From an uncultured bacterium (lineage in GTDB: Bacteria > Planctomycetota > UBA1135 > GCA-002686595): a stretch of DNA of 64,000 bases. The stretch lies in assembly GCA_943787795.1 (NCBI GenBank), contig CALSNU010000001.1, forward strand, positions 1,280,001-1,344,000, in the 5' to 3' direction. The translations under genes and the position numbers were made by a program. Under the pieces are notes generated by a model. It searched no databases, was not told where the DNA came from, and worked only from the letters and a program-made list of their open reading frames with translations. Below, piece by piece: positions 50,526 through 60,082 of the stretch (position 1 is its first letter; the number at the start of each line of letters is the position of its first letter).

Positions 50526-50770
50526 CCTCCGGCTCAACGCACGGCAGAGCCTTCGGCCTGGCGCCACTGGGTCCTGCCGCGCGGCAGGCCCGGCGGCTGG
50601 CTCAGCACCGGCCCCGAGCCCCGCCCTCCGCAAGCCCTCGCTCCGGCTTCCAGCGCCCTGCGATGCCCCCCTCGGGGGCCCGCGGGGCGCTCTCGTGGGG
50701 GCCTGGGCCGGTGTGGGGGGGCCGCCCAGGGTCCAAGGGATTCGGGGTGGTCCCCGTGCGGGCCCCTCGC

Positions 50771-50897
50771 TATCCTCTCCGGCTCAGAAGTTCGAGCCGT
50801 CCGTCGGCTCGGCCCCCGCGAGTGGCGAGGCACCGCCTATGACCGGGGTTTCCAGGCCGGCTCCTCATTCGAGGAGCCCCGACCGAGGACAAGTATC
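50771..50897 (+). promoter_or_regulatory. Candidate promoter (-10 TATCCT) and structured 5' leader of rpmI-rplT
   Basis: TATCCT 50771-50776; hairpins 50793-50811 and 50859-50878; SD GAGGA 50885-50889. Confidence 0.45.
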
Positions 50898-51095
50898 GTG
50901 CCGAAGATGAAATCAAAGGGAGCCGTCAAGAAGCGGTTCCGCACGACCAAGTCGGGCAAGCTCAAGTGCAGCAAGCCCAAGCGTGGTCACCAGCACGCCC
51001 CCAAGGACGCGAAGACCAAGCGCAACAAGCGCAAGGCGATCGTGGTCAGCGGGACCTGGGCGTACCTCCTGAAGCGCATGATGGGAGGTGGCTGA
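50898..51095 (+). CDS. rpmI: 50S ribosomal protein L35
   Basis: MPKMKSKGAVKKRFRTTKSGK. Confidence 0.97.
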   Translation: MPKMKSKGAVKKRFRTTKSGKLKCSKPKRGHQHAPKDAKTKRNKRKAIVVSGTWAYLLKRMMGGG

Positions 51096-51098
51096 TCC

Positions 51099-51455
51099 AT
51101 GGTACGTGTCACCTATGGCGCCCCGCGCCACAAGAAGAAGGTCCGCTGGTTCAAGCAGGCCAAGGGCTACCGCGGCGGCCGCTCCAAGCTCTGGCGCACC
51201 GTCCGTGAGTCGGTCGTCCGCGCGTGGGCTTATAGCTACCGCGACCGTCGCCAGAAGAAGCGCCAGTTCCGCCGGCTCTGGATCGTCCGCATCAACGCGG
51301 CGACCCGCATGCGCGGAATGACTTACAGCCAGTTCATCGCTGGCATGAAGGGCGCAGGCATCGACCTCAACCGCAAGCAGCTCTCCGAGCTCGCGATCCA
51401 CGATCCGGCGGCGTTCGACGCCCTGGTCGAGGAGGCCAAGGCCGTCCGCTCGTGA
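51099..51455 (+). CDS. rplT: 50S ribosomal protein L20
   Basis: [42 protein letters not shown]. Confidence 0.99.
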   Translation: MVRVTYGAPRHKKKVRWFKQAKGYRGGRSKLWRTVRESVVRAWAYSYRDRRQKKRQFRRLWIVRINAATRMRGMTYSQFIAGMKGAGIDLNRKQLSELAIHDPAAFDALVEEAKAVRS

Positions 51456-51479
51456 CGACCTTGCTGCGCTGAACGCACC

Positions 51480-51514
51480 GGGCCGCCTCCGACGTTCCTC
51501 GTCGGTGGCGGCCC
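51480..51514 (+). terminator. GC-rich hairpin between rplT and pheS
   Basis: GGGCCGCC-TCCGACG..CGTCGG-T-GGCGGCCC; no strong U tract. Confidence 0.4.
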
Positions 51515-51577
51515 GCTGTCTAACCTCCATCTCCCACAAGCCCCGCCCTCTCCTGCCGAGCTCCCGGTGGGACCGCC

Positions 51578-52606
51578 GTGACAGACACCACTACCATCCT
51601 CGCCGAGACCCGAGCGCGTATCGCCGACGCTCCGGACGTGGAGGCCCTGCGCGCCATCGAGCGAGAGGTCGTCGGCAAGGACGGCGTCGTGGCCTCGCTG
51701 CTCAAGTCGATCCCCGGGCTTCCGCCCGAGGAGCGCAAGGGCGCCGGCCAGAGCGCCAACGAGCTGAAGCAGGCGGTCCTCGCCTCGATCGAGGAGCGCG
51801 AAGCGAGCCTCGGCAGCGCGGCGCTCGAGGCCGAACGACGGGCGGACGGCTTCGACGGGACGCTGCCGCCACCGCGGGTCGAGCGAGGCTCCCTGCACCC
51901 GGTGACCCAGGTCACCCGAGAGCTCGAGGACCTGTTCACGTCCATGGGCTACATGGTCCTCGACGGGCCCGAGGTCGAGCTCGACGACTACAACTTCGAG
52001 AAGCTCAACATCCCCGCCGATCACCCGGCGCGAGACACCCAGGACACCTTCTACTGCTCCAGCCCCGGCTCCAGCGCGAGCCTGCTGCTGCGGACCCACA
52101 CCAGCCCCGTCCAGGTGCGCGCCATGGAGCGGCTCGAGCCGCCCTTCCGCGCGATCGTCCCGGGGAAGGTCTTCAGGCAGGAGACGACGGACGCGAGCCA
52201 CGAGCACACCTTCCACCAGATGGAGGGGCTGGTCATCGGTCGCAACGTCTCGGTCGGGCACCTGATCGGAGCCATGAAGACCCTGCTGCGCGGCATCTTC
52301 AAGAAGGAGATCGAGGTGCGCCTGCGCCCCGGCTACTTCCCCTTCGTCGAGCCGGGCTTTGAGCTCGACGCGCGCTGCCCCTTCTGCACCGACGGCTGCA
52401 GCGTCTGCAAGCGCACCACATGGATCGAGCTGCTGCCCTGCGGCCTCGTGCACCCGAACGTGCTCAAGGCGGGGGGCCTCGATCCCGAGGAGTGGGGCGG
52501 CTTCGCCTTCGGCCTCGGGCTCTCCCGCCTCGTGATGCTGCGCTACGGCATCGATGACGTCCGCCACCTGCTGGGCGGAGACCTCCGCTTCCTCGACCAG
52601 TTCTGA
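51578..52606 (+). CDS. pheS: Phenylalanine--tRNA ligase alpha subunit
   Basis: GSLHP, HPARDTQDTFY, LLRTHTSPVQ, FHQMEGL, YFPFVEP, GFAFGLG. Confidence 0.98.
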   Translation: MTDTTTILAETRARIADAPDVEALRAIEREVVGKDGVVASLLKSIPGLPPEERKGAGQSANELKQAVLASIEEREASLGSAALEAERRADGFDGTLPPPRVERGSLHPVTQVTRELEDLFTSMGYMVLDGPEVELDDYNFEKLNIPADHPARDTQDTFYCSSPGSSASLLLRTHTSPVQVRAMERLEPPFRAIVPGKVFRQETTDASHEHTFHQMEGLVIGRNVSVGHLIGAMKTLLRGIFKKEIEVRLRPGYFPFVEPGFELDARCPFCTDGCSVCKRTTWIELLPCGLVHPNVLKAGGLDPEEWGGFAFGLGLSRLVMLRYGIDDVRHLLGGDLRFLDQF

Positions 52607-52633
52607 TCCGGCCCCAAGAAGGAGACCTCACCG

Positions 52634-55069
52634 ATGTTCATCTCGATGAAGTGGCTCGCCCGTCACGTGGACCTCTCGGGCATCACGCCGGAGCAGCTCG
52701 CTGACGACCTCACCCTCTCCACCTGTGAGGTGGAGGGGATCGAACGCTTCGCCCCGCACATGTCCGACGTGGTCGTCGGCCACGTCCTGGAGCGCGAGCC
52801 GCACCCCGACGCGGACAAGCTGGGGGTGGCTCGGATCGACGTGGGCGGCGAAGAGCCGCTGCAGATCGTCTGCGGGGCGCCGAACCTCGCGCCGGGTCAG
52901 CGGGTCGCCGTGGCGACCATCGGCACGGTCTTGCCGGGCGACTTCAAGATCAAGAAGAGCAAGATCCGCGGCGTCGAGTCCCGCGGGATGATCTGCTCCG
53001 TGCGGGAGCTGGACCTTGGCGACGAGCACGACGGCATCTGGGTGCTCCCGGAGACGGACGGCAGCCCGCTCACCGTCGGCGCGCCTGTCGCCGCGGCGCT
53101 CGGCATGGAGGACTGGGTGATCGAGGTGGACAACAAGTCCCTCACGCACCGGCCGGACCTCTGGGGGCACCGGGGCATCGCCCGTGAGCTTGCCGCCATC
53201 TACGAGCGGGACCTCCTGCCCCTGGACCTGGAGCTGCCCGCGCTGGGGGCCGGCGAGCCCGTGCAGGTGCGCGTCGACGATCCTGCGTGCTCGCGCTACC
53301 TGGGTCTCGCCATTGACGGCGCCGAGAACGGTGCGTCTCCGGACTGGCTGCGTGAGCTCCTCCTGGCCGTGGGGCAGCGCCCCATCGATCTGCTGGTGGA
53401 CCTCTCCAACTTCGTCATGCTGGACCTCGGGCAGCCGAACCACGCCTTTGATCGGGATCAGCTGGCGGCGGACGGCATCGTCGTGCGCAAGGCCAGCGGC
53501 GGCGAGCGCATGACCACGCTCGACGGCGAGGAGCGCGAGCTGGTGGAGAGCGACCTCCTGATCACTTCCGGCGGCGCCCCCGTGGCGCTTGCCGGGGTGA
53601 TGGGCGGTGAGGGCTCCAAGGTGGGCGATGACACCGGCCGCTTGCTGCTTGAGTGCGCCACCTTCGATGCGACCACCGTCCGCCGGACCTCGGCGCGCCT
53701 CGCGCACCGTACCGATTCCTCCGCGCGCTTCGAGAAGACCCTGGACCCCACGCTCCCCGAGGCCGCCGCAGCGCACTTCGCGAAGCTCCTCCAGAGCCTG
53801 CAGCCGGGCGTCAGCTTCCCTTCCGCGCTCGCAGACGCGGGCGAGTGGTCGGACCCCGCGCGCTCCATCCATCTGCGCGGGGACGTGGTGCGTCGCGATC
53901 TCGGGGTCGACCTGGACGACGGCGCCATCGCGTCGATCCTCTCCCGCCTCGGGCTCACGCCGACCCCCGCCGACGGCGGCTTCGACGTGGCGATCCCGTC
54001 GGCGCGAGCGCTCAAGGACCTCACCATGGAGCGTGACCTTGTGGAGGAGGTCGGGCGGATCCACCGCTACGGCAGTGTCCCCGAGGCGCCGCTGGTGGGG
54101 GCCATCGAGCCGCCGCCCTTCGATCGGCGCCGCCAGATGGTGCGCGCCATCGAGGACCGCCTGGCGGGAGCCGCGCGCTTCCACCAGGTGCTCTCTTACT
54201 CCTTCACGCCGGACGATCTGCTGGAGCGCACGGGCTGCGCCGGCGGGGACTTTGTGCGGGCCGATAACCCGGTCGCGCCCGACATGGCGCGCATCCGGCG
54301 CGAGGTCTTGCCGTCGCTCCTGGGCCTGGTGGAGAGCGCCCGTCGCGAGCGCGACGTGGTGCGCCTGTTCGAGCTCGGGAAGGGCTACCGCCCCGAAGAG
54401 GCGGGTGAGGATGGGATGCCGCGGGAGGTGCACCAGCTCGCCATGGTGCTGGCGCTGCCGCCGACGGCGAGCGACGCCCCGTTCGACGCTGGCGCGTTCT
54501 TCCAATTGAGGGCCGCGGTGGACGACGTGATCTCCGCCGCGGGGGTCACCTCCCCCGGGTGGGCCTCGTCGGACTCCGCCCACCCTGCGGCGCACCCCGT
54601 CAAGCAGGTCGCCGGCTCCTGGTCCGAGGACCTCGAGGGCTGCGGATTTGTGGCCTCCATCGAGCCCGGCGTCGCCCGGTCTCTCGGACTCGAGGGAGAG
54701 CTCGCGAGCGACGTGGCCGTTGCGGTGCTCGACATCGACGCGCTGCTCGCTGCGCCGCCCTCGCCGCCTGCCTACAGGCCGCTGCCGAGGTTCCCGATGG
54801 TCAAGGTCGACGTGGCCTGCGTTGCGCCCTCTGAGATGCCCGCGGCGGAGCTTGGCGGCATGATCGAGAAGGCCGGGAAGGGTGCGGTACGTGACCTCCA
54901 GCTCTTCGATGTCTTCCGCGGTGAAGCGCTCGGTGAAGGGAAGAAGTCCCTGGCCTACCACGTGGTCCTGCAGTCAGAGACCAAGACGCTCACGGACAAG
55001 GACGCTCAGAAGTTCCTCGGCCGGCTTGAGCGATCCCTGGAGCAGCAGGGCGCAGCCCTGCGCAACTAG
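52634..55069 (+). CDS. pheT: Phenylalanine--tRNA ligase beta subunit
   Basis: HPDADKL, IVCGAPN, RGVESRGMICS, THRPDLWGHRGIARE, LAGVMGG, TDSSARFEK, DLVEEVGRIHRY, GKKSLAY. Confidence 0.98.
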   Translation: MFISMKWLARHVDLSGITPEQLADDLTLSTCEVEGIERFAPHMSDVVVGHVLEREPHPDADKLGVARIDVGGEEPLQIVCGAPNLAPGQRVAVATIGTVLPGDFKIKKSKIRGVESRGMICSVRELDLGDEHDGIWVLPETDGSPLTVGAPVAAALGMEDWVIEVDNKSLTHRPDLWGHRGIARELAAIYERDLLPLDLELPALGAGEPVQVRVDDPACSRYLGLAIDGAENGASPDWLRELLLAVGQRPIDLLVDLSNFVMLDLGQPNHAFDRDQLAADGIVVRKASGGERMTTLDGEERELVESDLLITSGGAPVALAGVMGGEGSKVGDDTGRLLLECATFDATTVRRTSARLAHRTDSSARFEKTLDPTLPEAAAAHFAKLLQSLQPGVSFPSALADAGEWSDPARSIHLRGDVVRRDLGVDLDDGAIASILSRLGLTPTPADGGFDVAIPSARALKDLTMERDLVEEVGRIHRYGSVPEAPLVGAIEPPPFDRRRQMVRAIEDRLAGAARFHQVLSYSFTPDDLLERTGCAGGDFVRADNPVAPDMARIRREVLPSLLGLVESARRERDVVRLFELGKGYRPEEAGEDGMPREVHQLAMVLALPPTASDAPFDAGAFFQLRAAVDDVISAAGVTSPGWASSDSAHPAAHPVKQVAGSWSEDLEGCGFVASIEPGVARSLGLEGELASDVAVAVLDIDALLAAPPSPPAYRPLPRFPMVKVDVACVAPSEMPAAELGGMIEKAGKGAVRDLQLFDVFRGEALGEGKKSLAYHVVLQSETKTLTDKDAQKFLGRLERSLEQQGAALRN

Positions 55070-55071
55070 CG

Positions 55072-55539
55072 ATGGCGGCGCTGACGGATGCGAGGCTCGG
55101 GGAGATCCCCCTCGGTCCGGACGGGTACGGCGAGGCCCTCCTGGGGGTGGGGCCCTGGGTGATCCGCATCACCGTGGACGGGGGACCCGAGACCAGTGAA
55201 CCGGTGGACCTCTGCGGCGAGGACCCGGTGGGCCTCCTCGGTCGGGCTGCTCGCTGGGCGGCGGCTCCGGGCCATGAGACCGTGGACCTCTTCCTGGACC
55301 ATCACCTCTCGGAGTTCGCTCCGGACGAGCTCGAGGCCATCGCGGGCGAGCGCGCCCCTGAAGGAGTAGAGGGGCTGCGGGCGGTGCTCCAGCCCATCGC
55401 CGCCCACTTCGCCACGGACGCGAGCGGAGGGCGTCAGCTGGCCGTGGACGTGGGGTTCGGGCCGGACATCACGGAGGTGGTCCTCGTGGTCGAGGTGGAC
55501 CCTGAGGGCCAGCCGCTGTCGGTCGACGCGGAGAGCTGA
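55072..55539 (+). CDS. Hypothetical acidic protein, DUF2004-like
   Basis: FLDHHLSE..VDVGFGPDITEVVLVVEVDPEG..AES resembles the DUF2004 C-terminal pattern (recalled, unverified). Confidence 0.6.
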   Translation: MAALTDARLGEIPLGPDGYGEALLGVGPWVIRITVDGGPETSEPVDLCGEDPVGLLGRAARWAAAPGHETVDLFLDHHLSEFAPDELEAIAGERAPEGVEGLRAVLQPIAAHFATDASGGRQLAVDVGFGPDITEVVLVVEVDPEGQPLSVDAES

Positions 55540-55593
55540 GGTCCAGCGCCGCCTTGTGCGCTACGGTGTCGGGCGCGCACCGCGCTCCCCTCC

Positions 55594-57372
55594 ATGCTGC
55601 ACACCATCGACTGGGCCATCCTCGCCACCTTCCTCGTCCTCTCCGTCGGTGTCGGCGTGGCGGTCTCCCGACGGGCCGGCTCGAGCTCCTCGGAGTTCTT
55701 CCTCTCGGGACGTTCCATGCCCTGGTGGCTCCTGGGGATCTCGATGGTCGCCACGACCTTCGCCGCCGATACGCCGCTGCTGGTGACCCAGATCGTGCGC
55801 GAGAGGGGCGTGGCGGGGAACTGGGTCTGGTGGGCATTCCTCCTGTCGGGGATGGTCACGGTCTTCATCTATGCCCGGCTCTGGGTGCGCGCTGGCGTGC
55901 GGACGGACGTGGAGTTCTACGAGCTGCGCTACTCGGGCCGCCCCGCGGCGTTCCTGCGCGGGTTCCGCTCGATCTACCTCGGGGTGATCTTCAACTCCAT
56001 CGGGATGGGCATCGTCACCCTGGCGCTGACCAAGATCTGCTCGGTGATGTTCGGCATCCCGGCCTGGCAGACGGTGCTCGTGGCCGGCGCGGTGACCATG
56101 CTGATCGCGTCCCTCGGCGGGCTCCGAGGCGTCCTGATCACCGACCTCTTCCAGTTCTTCCTCGCCATCGGGGGGGCGATCGCCGCGGCGGTGGTGTGTC
56201 TGGACCTCCCGGAGGTCGGCGGGCTCTCTGGGCTCCTCGCGCACCCCAACGTTGAGGGGAAGCTCGAGTTCCTCCCCGACTTCTCGAACCCCGACGTCTG
56301 GGTGCCGCTGTTCTTCATCCCGCTGGCGATCCAGTGGTGGAGCAGCTGGTACCCGGGCGCGGAGCCCGGCGGCGGCGGCTATATCGCACAGCGCATGCTC
56401 GCCGCCCGCAGCGAGGGGCACGCGGTGGGGGCGACGCTCTTCTTCAATGTCGCGCACTACGCGCTGCGGCCGTGGCCCTGGATCATCGTCGGCCTGACGT
56501 CCCTCGTCGTGTTCCCTGACCTCGCCTCCATCGAGGCGGCTTTCCCCGCAGCGGAACCAGGAGAGGATCTCGGCTACCCCGCGATGTTGACGCTGCTCCC
56601 CGCCGGGCTCCTCGGGCTCGTGCTCACCTCCTTGGTGGCGGCCTACATCTCTACCATGTCGACGCTGCTCAACCTCGGAGCGTCCTACGTGGTCTTCGAT
56701 TACTACCAGCGGTTCGTGAACCCCGAGGCGGACGAGGGGACGCTGGTGCGCTACGGGCGCATCGTCACCGTCACGCTGCTGGTCCTCTCGAGCCTCTTCG
56801 CCCTCGCGCTCGGCGACGCGCTCAACGGCTTCAATATCCTCCTGCAGGTGGGCGCGGGCACCGGCGCCATCTACCTGCTCCGCTGGCTCTGGTGGCGCGT
56901 CAACGCCTGGACGGAGATCGTCGGCATGACGGTCTCGTTCCTCGTGGCGCTCTACTTCCAGTTCGTCCACGAGAGCCTCTTCCCTCCGCTGGCCTCCTGG
57001 ATTCAGTTCAGCGCCGGGGTGGCGATCACCACCGTGTCCTGGATCGTCGCCACCCTCGTGACCGCCCCCACGGACCTCGTCACGCTCCGGCGCTTCTACG
57101 CGACGGTGCGCCCCTCGGGCTCGCTCTGGGCGGGCTTCCGGGCTCGCTGCCAGGCGACCGGAGAGCCCGCCGACGCGGTGGAGCCGGGGGTGTTCACCCG
57201 CGGGCTGCTGGCCACGTCGCTGGGCTGCGCGATGGTGTACGCCGCGCTCTTCGGTACGGGCTTCGCCCTTTACGGAGAGGTCCCCGAGGCCATCGCGGCG
57301 TCGGCCGTGGCGGTCCTCTCTCTGATCGGGATCTGGCGCCTGCAGCGGCAAGGGGCCTCTGCGGCCGCCTGA
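55594..57372 (+). CDS. Sodium:solute symporter family protein
   Basis: FFLSGRSMPWW, SMVATTFAADTPL, ELRYSG, EPGGGGYIAQRM, many TM helices. Confidence 0.95.
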   Translation: MLHTIDWAILATFLVLSVGVGVAVSRRAGSSSSEFFLSGRSMPWWLLGISMVATTFAADTPLLVTQIVRERGVAGNWVWWAFLLSGMVTVFIYARLWVRAGVRTDVEFYELRYSGRPAAFLRGFRSIYLGVIFNSIGMGIVTLALTKICSVMFGIPAWQTVLVAGAVTMLIASLGGLRGVLITDLFQFFLAIGGAIAAAVVCLDLPEVGGLSGLLAHPNVEGKLEFLPDFSNPDVWVPLFFIPLAIQWWSSWYPGAEPGGGGYIAQRMLAARSEGHAVGATLFFNVAHYALRPWPWIIVGLTSLVVFPDLASIEAAFPAAEPGEDLGYPAMLTLLPAGLLGLVLTSLVAAYISTMSTLLNLGASYVVFDYYQRFVNPEADEGTLVRYGRIVTVTLLVLSSLFALALGDALNGFNILLQVGAGTGAIYLLRWLWWRVNAWTEIVGMTVSFLVALYFQFVHESLFPPLASWIQFSAGVAITTVSWIVATLVTAPTDLVTLRRFYATVRPSGSLWAGFRARCQATGEPADAVEPGVFTRGLLATSLGCAMVYAALFGTGFALYGEVPEAIAASAVAVLSLIGIWRLQRQGASAAA

Positions 57373-57471
57373 GCAAGGTCCCGTCTCATGGGATGACACC
57401 TCCGGGGCCGGGGCGGGCCTCCGGGTTCCTCGGGCGGCCCCGGCGGGGTGGTGGGCTACACTTCGGATGCC

Positions 57472-58887
57472 TTGAAGGTCGTCCTCGTCAACCCGCCCAG
57501 TCCGCCCGAGTTCCGCGTCAGCCGCGGGCTGATGGGGGGCTTCGGGATGGCCGTGAACCCCGAGCTGCTCTACCCGCCCATCGAGTTGGCCCACGTTGCG
57601 GGGGCGCTGCTGGAGGACGGTCACGACGTCGCCATCATCGACGGCGACGCCCTGGGCGTCGACCTCGACGGAGCCCTCGCGAGGGTCAAGGCGGAGGCGC
57701 CGGCGCTCGTCGTGTTGGACTCATCGAGCACCTCGCTGGATCAGGACCTCGAGCTTGCGGGCCGGGTCCGCGAGGCCACCGGCGCCCTGACCGGGATGCT
57801 CGGGAGCCAGGTGACCTTCACCCCCGACGAGATCTTCAGCGGCGGTCGGATCGACTTCGTCGTGCGCGGCGAGCCGGAGCACACGGTCCAGGAGGTCGCG
57901 GCTCGTGCGGCCCGGGGCGAGGCGCTCGATGGCACCCCCGGCATCACGCGGCGTTCCGAGGACGGTGAGGTCGTGCACGAGGAGGAGCGGGCGAAGATCT
58001 CCGACCTCGACGCGCTGCCGCTGCCCGCCCGGCAGCTCTTGAACAACGCCGCCTATCGCTTCCCCGGAGTCGACGGGGCGATCACCACGGTGAAGTCCTC
58101 TCGGGGTTGCCCGCTCAACTGCTCCTTCTGCGGCTACACCCTGGCCCAGGGGCTGCGCTTCCGGTTCCGGAGCCCTGCCCACGTGCTCCGCGAGCTCGAG
58201 GACCTCTACTTCAACCACGGCATCCGTCACGTGGTCTTCCGCGACCCGATCTTCACCACGCGCAAGGACCGCGTCGCTGACATCTGCGACGGGATCGTCG
58301 CGGCGGGCATGACCGAGCTCGAGTGGCAGTGCGAGACGGCCGTGAAGACGCTCGATCGTGAGCTGCTCGAGAAGATGGCCCGGGCGGGCTGCAAGCACAT
58401 CTCCCTCGGCGTCGAGTCAGGCAACGACGAGATCCAGAAGAAGCACTGCGGCAACAAGCTCAGCGATCTCGACAAGGCCCATGAGGTGTTCCGCGCGTGC
58501 CGGGACGTGGGGATCGAGACCCGCGCGTTCTGCATGATCGGCTTCCCCGAGGAGACCCCGGCCATGGCCGATGAGACCCTCGCGCTCGTGGACTCTCTGG
58601 ACCCTGACCAGGTGCAGTTCTGTGCGGTGACCGCGTATCCCGGGACACCGCTGCACGAGATGCTGCGCGGGACGCGTGAGTTCGACTACGCGTCGATGAC
58701 GGGCTTCCAGGCCCTCGAGGGCAACGAGCACATGAGCGCCGCAGCGATCGAGGCCAAGATCCGCGAGGGCTACCGCCGCTTCTACCGCCGGCCCAAGCGA
58801 GTGTTCCGGGAGCTGCGAGATCCGCGGCGGCTCGCGGGGCGCCTGGCTCGCTACATGACGCTCTTCCGACGCCGGGCGGCGGTGTGA
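57472..58887 (+). CDS. B12-binding-domain radical SAM protein (HpnJ/BchE-like)
   Basis: LVNPP..YPPIELA, VVRGEPE, SRGCPLNCSFC, GVESG, IGFPEET, YPGTPL; start TTG 57472 or GTG 57448. Confidence 0.93.
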   Translation: MKVVLVNPPSPPEFRVSRGLMGGFGMAVNPELLYPPIELAHVAGALLEDGHDVAIIDGDALGVDLDGALARVKAEAPALVVLDSSSTSLDQDLELAGRVREATGALTGMLGSQVTFTPDEIFSGGRIDFVVRGEPEHTVQEVAARAARGEALDGTPGITRRSEDGEVVHEEERAKISDLDALPLPARQLLNNAAYRFPGVDGAITTVKSSRGCPLNCSFCGYTLAQGLRFRFRSPAHVLRELEDLYFNHGIRHVVFRDPIFTTRKDRVADICDGIVAAGMTELEWQCETAVKTLDRELLEKMARAGCKHISLGVESGNDEIQKKHCGNKLSDLDKAHEVFRACRDVGIETRAFCMIGFPEETPAMADETLALVDSLDPDQVQFCAVTAYPGTPLHEMLRGTREFDYASMTGFQALEGNEHMSAAAIEAKIREGYRRFYRRPKRVFRELRDPRRLAGRLARYMTLFRRRAAV

Positions 58888-58908
58888 CCAAGGCGGCGGT
58901 GTGACCAA
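58875..58908. repeat. 17-bp perfect tandem duplication containing the stop codon
   Basis: GGCGGCGGTGTGACCAA x2. Confidence 0.9.
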
Positions 58909-58912
58909 GAGA

Positions 58913-58947
58913 GAGGGCCCCGGCGAGCAATGCTCGCCGGGGCCCTC
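58913..58947 (+). terminator. Perfect 16-bp hairpin, likely terminator
   Basis: GAGGGCCCCGGCGAGC-AAT-GCTCGCCGGGGCCCTC. Confidence 0.75.
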
Positions 58948-59400
58948 CGCTTCTCGGTCCCGCCTGTGACTCCAAGCCTGCGCGAGGCGGTGGTCGCGAC
59001 CGTGCCGGTCACCTCTCGGTGTCGACTGGCCGGATGTCCTGCTCGTCGGAGGCCGAAGCCTCCTTCACCCGGCCGGGTGCGGTCCTCCGCCGGGGGGGTC
59101 CCGGACCGACCGTGAGGTCGGCGGTCGGGCGACCGCGCTGGCGCTGGAGTCTGGCTGGTAAAGAGCACGCGCGGTCCCTGCTCCGCGCGATCAACCATGC
59201 ATCCGAGGCCCACGGCGAAGCGGGGCCGGATTCTTCGAGAATCTGTCGCGAAGGAGGCCGCCGCCGCGCCCAGGGGCGATGGAGCGCCCTGCCAGCGCTC
59301 ACCTGGTCGCGGCGAGGGCGTCCCCGTGCTTCAGGAGGGCGGAGCGTTCAGGCCCGGCTCCCGATGCTCCACCCCGGTGCGCCGAGCACCCTCGGAGCGC

Positions 59401-59444
59401 GCTGCTCGGTCGGGCTACTCGGTCGGGCTACTCGGTCGGGCTGC
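59401..59444. repeat. 13-bp tandem repeat x3 (GCTACTCGGTCGG)
   Basis: Directly visible. Confidence 0.9.
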
Positions 59445-59766
59445 GCCGACCGGGGGTCACCATGGCGCCACCCTGCCGTGTCCGGTGGGCTCCTGGGAGA
59501 CCGGTGGTGCACGCTTTACGGGCCCGGAGATTCGGGCCAAGGACAACGAGCCCCTCAGCACCGTCGAAGCTCCTGCGCTCAACCACTCTGCGGGCCACAC
59601 CCGCCATCCAGGAGCGTTCTAGGTCCCTCGACCTGTTCGGCGCGGGTGGAGGTGCGCGGACCACCCTGGGGCTGACGCATGGCGCCGGGCGACCCCGGGG
59701 TAGCACAGGGGCGCGCGGCCCTCGTCTGACTCCACTGGATCTCAGCTGCGTGGCCGCAGCGTGGGA

Positions 59767-59925
59767 TCAGGCCTGAGCGTAGCTCGACTCGGTGAGATCG
59801 ACCCAGGTCAGGCTCTCGTCCGACGGGTCGTAGACCTGCACCCAGGAGTTCCAGCGGGCGACGACCTGGACGCGACGGGCCTCGGGCCGGGGCGTGTCGG
59901 GGGCGTCAGCGGGGGGCTCGTACAT
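59767..59925 (-). CDS. Small 52-aa protein, possible SH3-like beta fold
   Basis: MYEPPADAPDTPRPEARRVQVVARWNSWVQVYDPSDESLTWVDLTESSYAQA; GC-ending codons; Trp-rich beta pattern. Confidence 0.55.
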   Translation of the reverse strand: MYEPPADAPDTPRPEARRVQVVARWNSWVQVYDPSDESLTWVDLTESSYAQA

Positions 59926-59941
59926 CGTCAGCGGCGTGGCC

Positions 59942-59983
59942 AAAAAAAGGAGGCTCCTTCCGGGAGGGGTTCCGGAAGGAGCC
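59942..59983 (-). terminator. Intrinsic terminator
   Basis: 12-bp stem GGCTCCTTCCGG/CCGGAAGGAGCC followed by TCC-T7 on the minus strand. Confidence 0.8.
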
Positions 59984-60082
59984 GGGTTCGCACATGAACC
60001 ATGAGGCACACAACTCTTCGTCAGCGGGGGGCGCAACTGGCCCCCTTATGGCCAAAAAAACAGTGCCGTGGGGCGGCGATTC

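Noticed and set aside
51456..51577. pheM-type attenuator peptide or T-box
   Set aside because: No Phe-rich leader ORF and no T-box consensus visible
52628..57624. Long minus-strand ORFs (52628..54961, 55561..57624) and similar ones such as 60308..62554 and 44594..46483
   Set aside because: Same-register antisense shadows of real genes, expected at high GC3; no motifs
59985..60027. Hammerhead ribozyme suggested by CUGACGA on the minus strand
   Set aside because: No properly placed GAAA or stem II; the sequence reads GAAC
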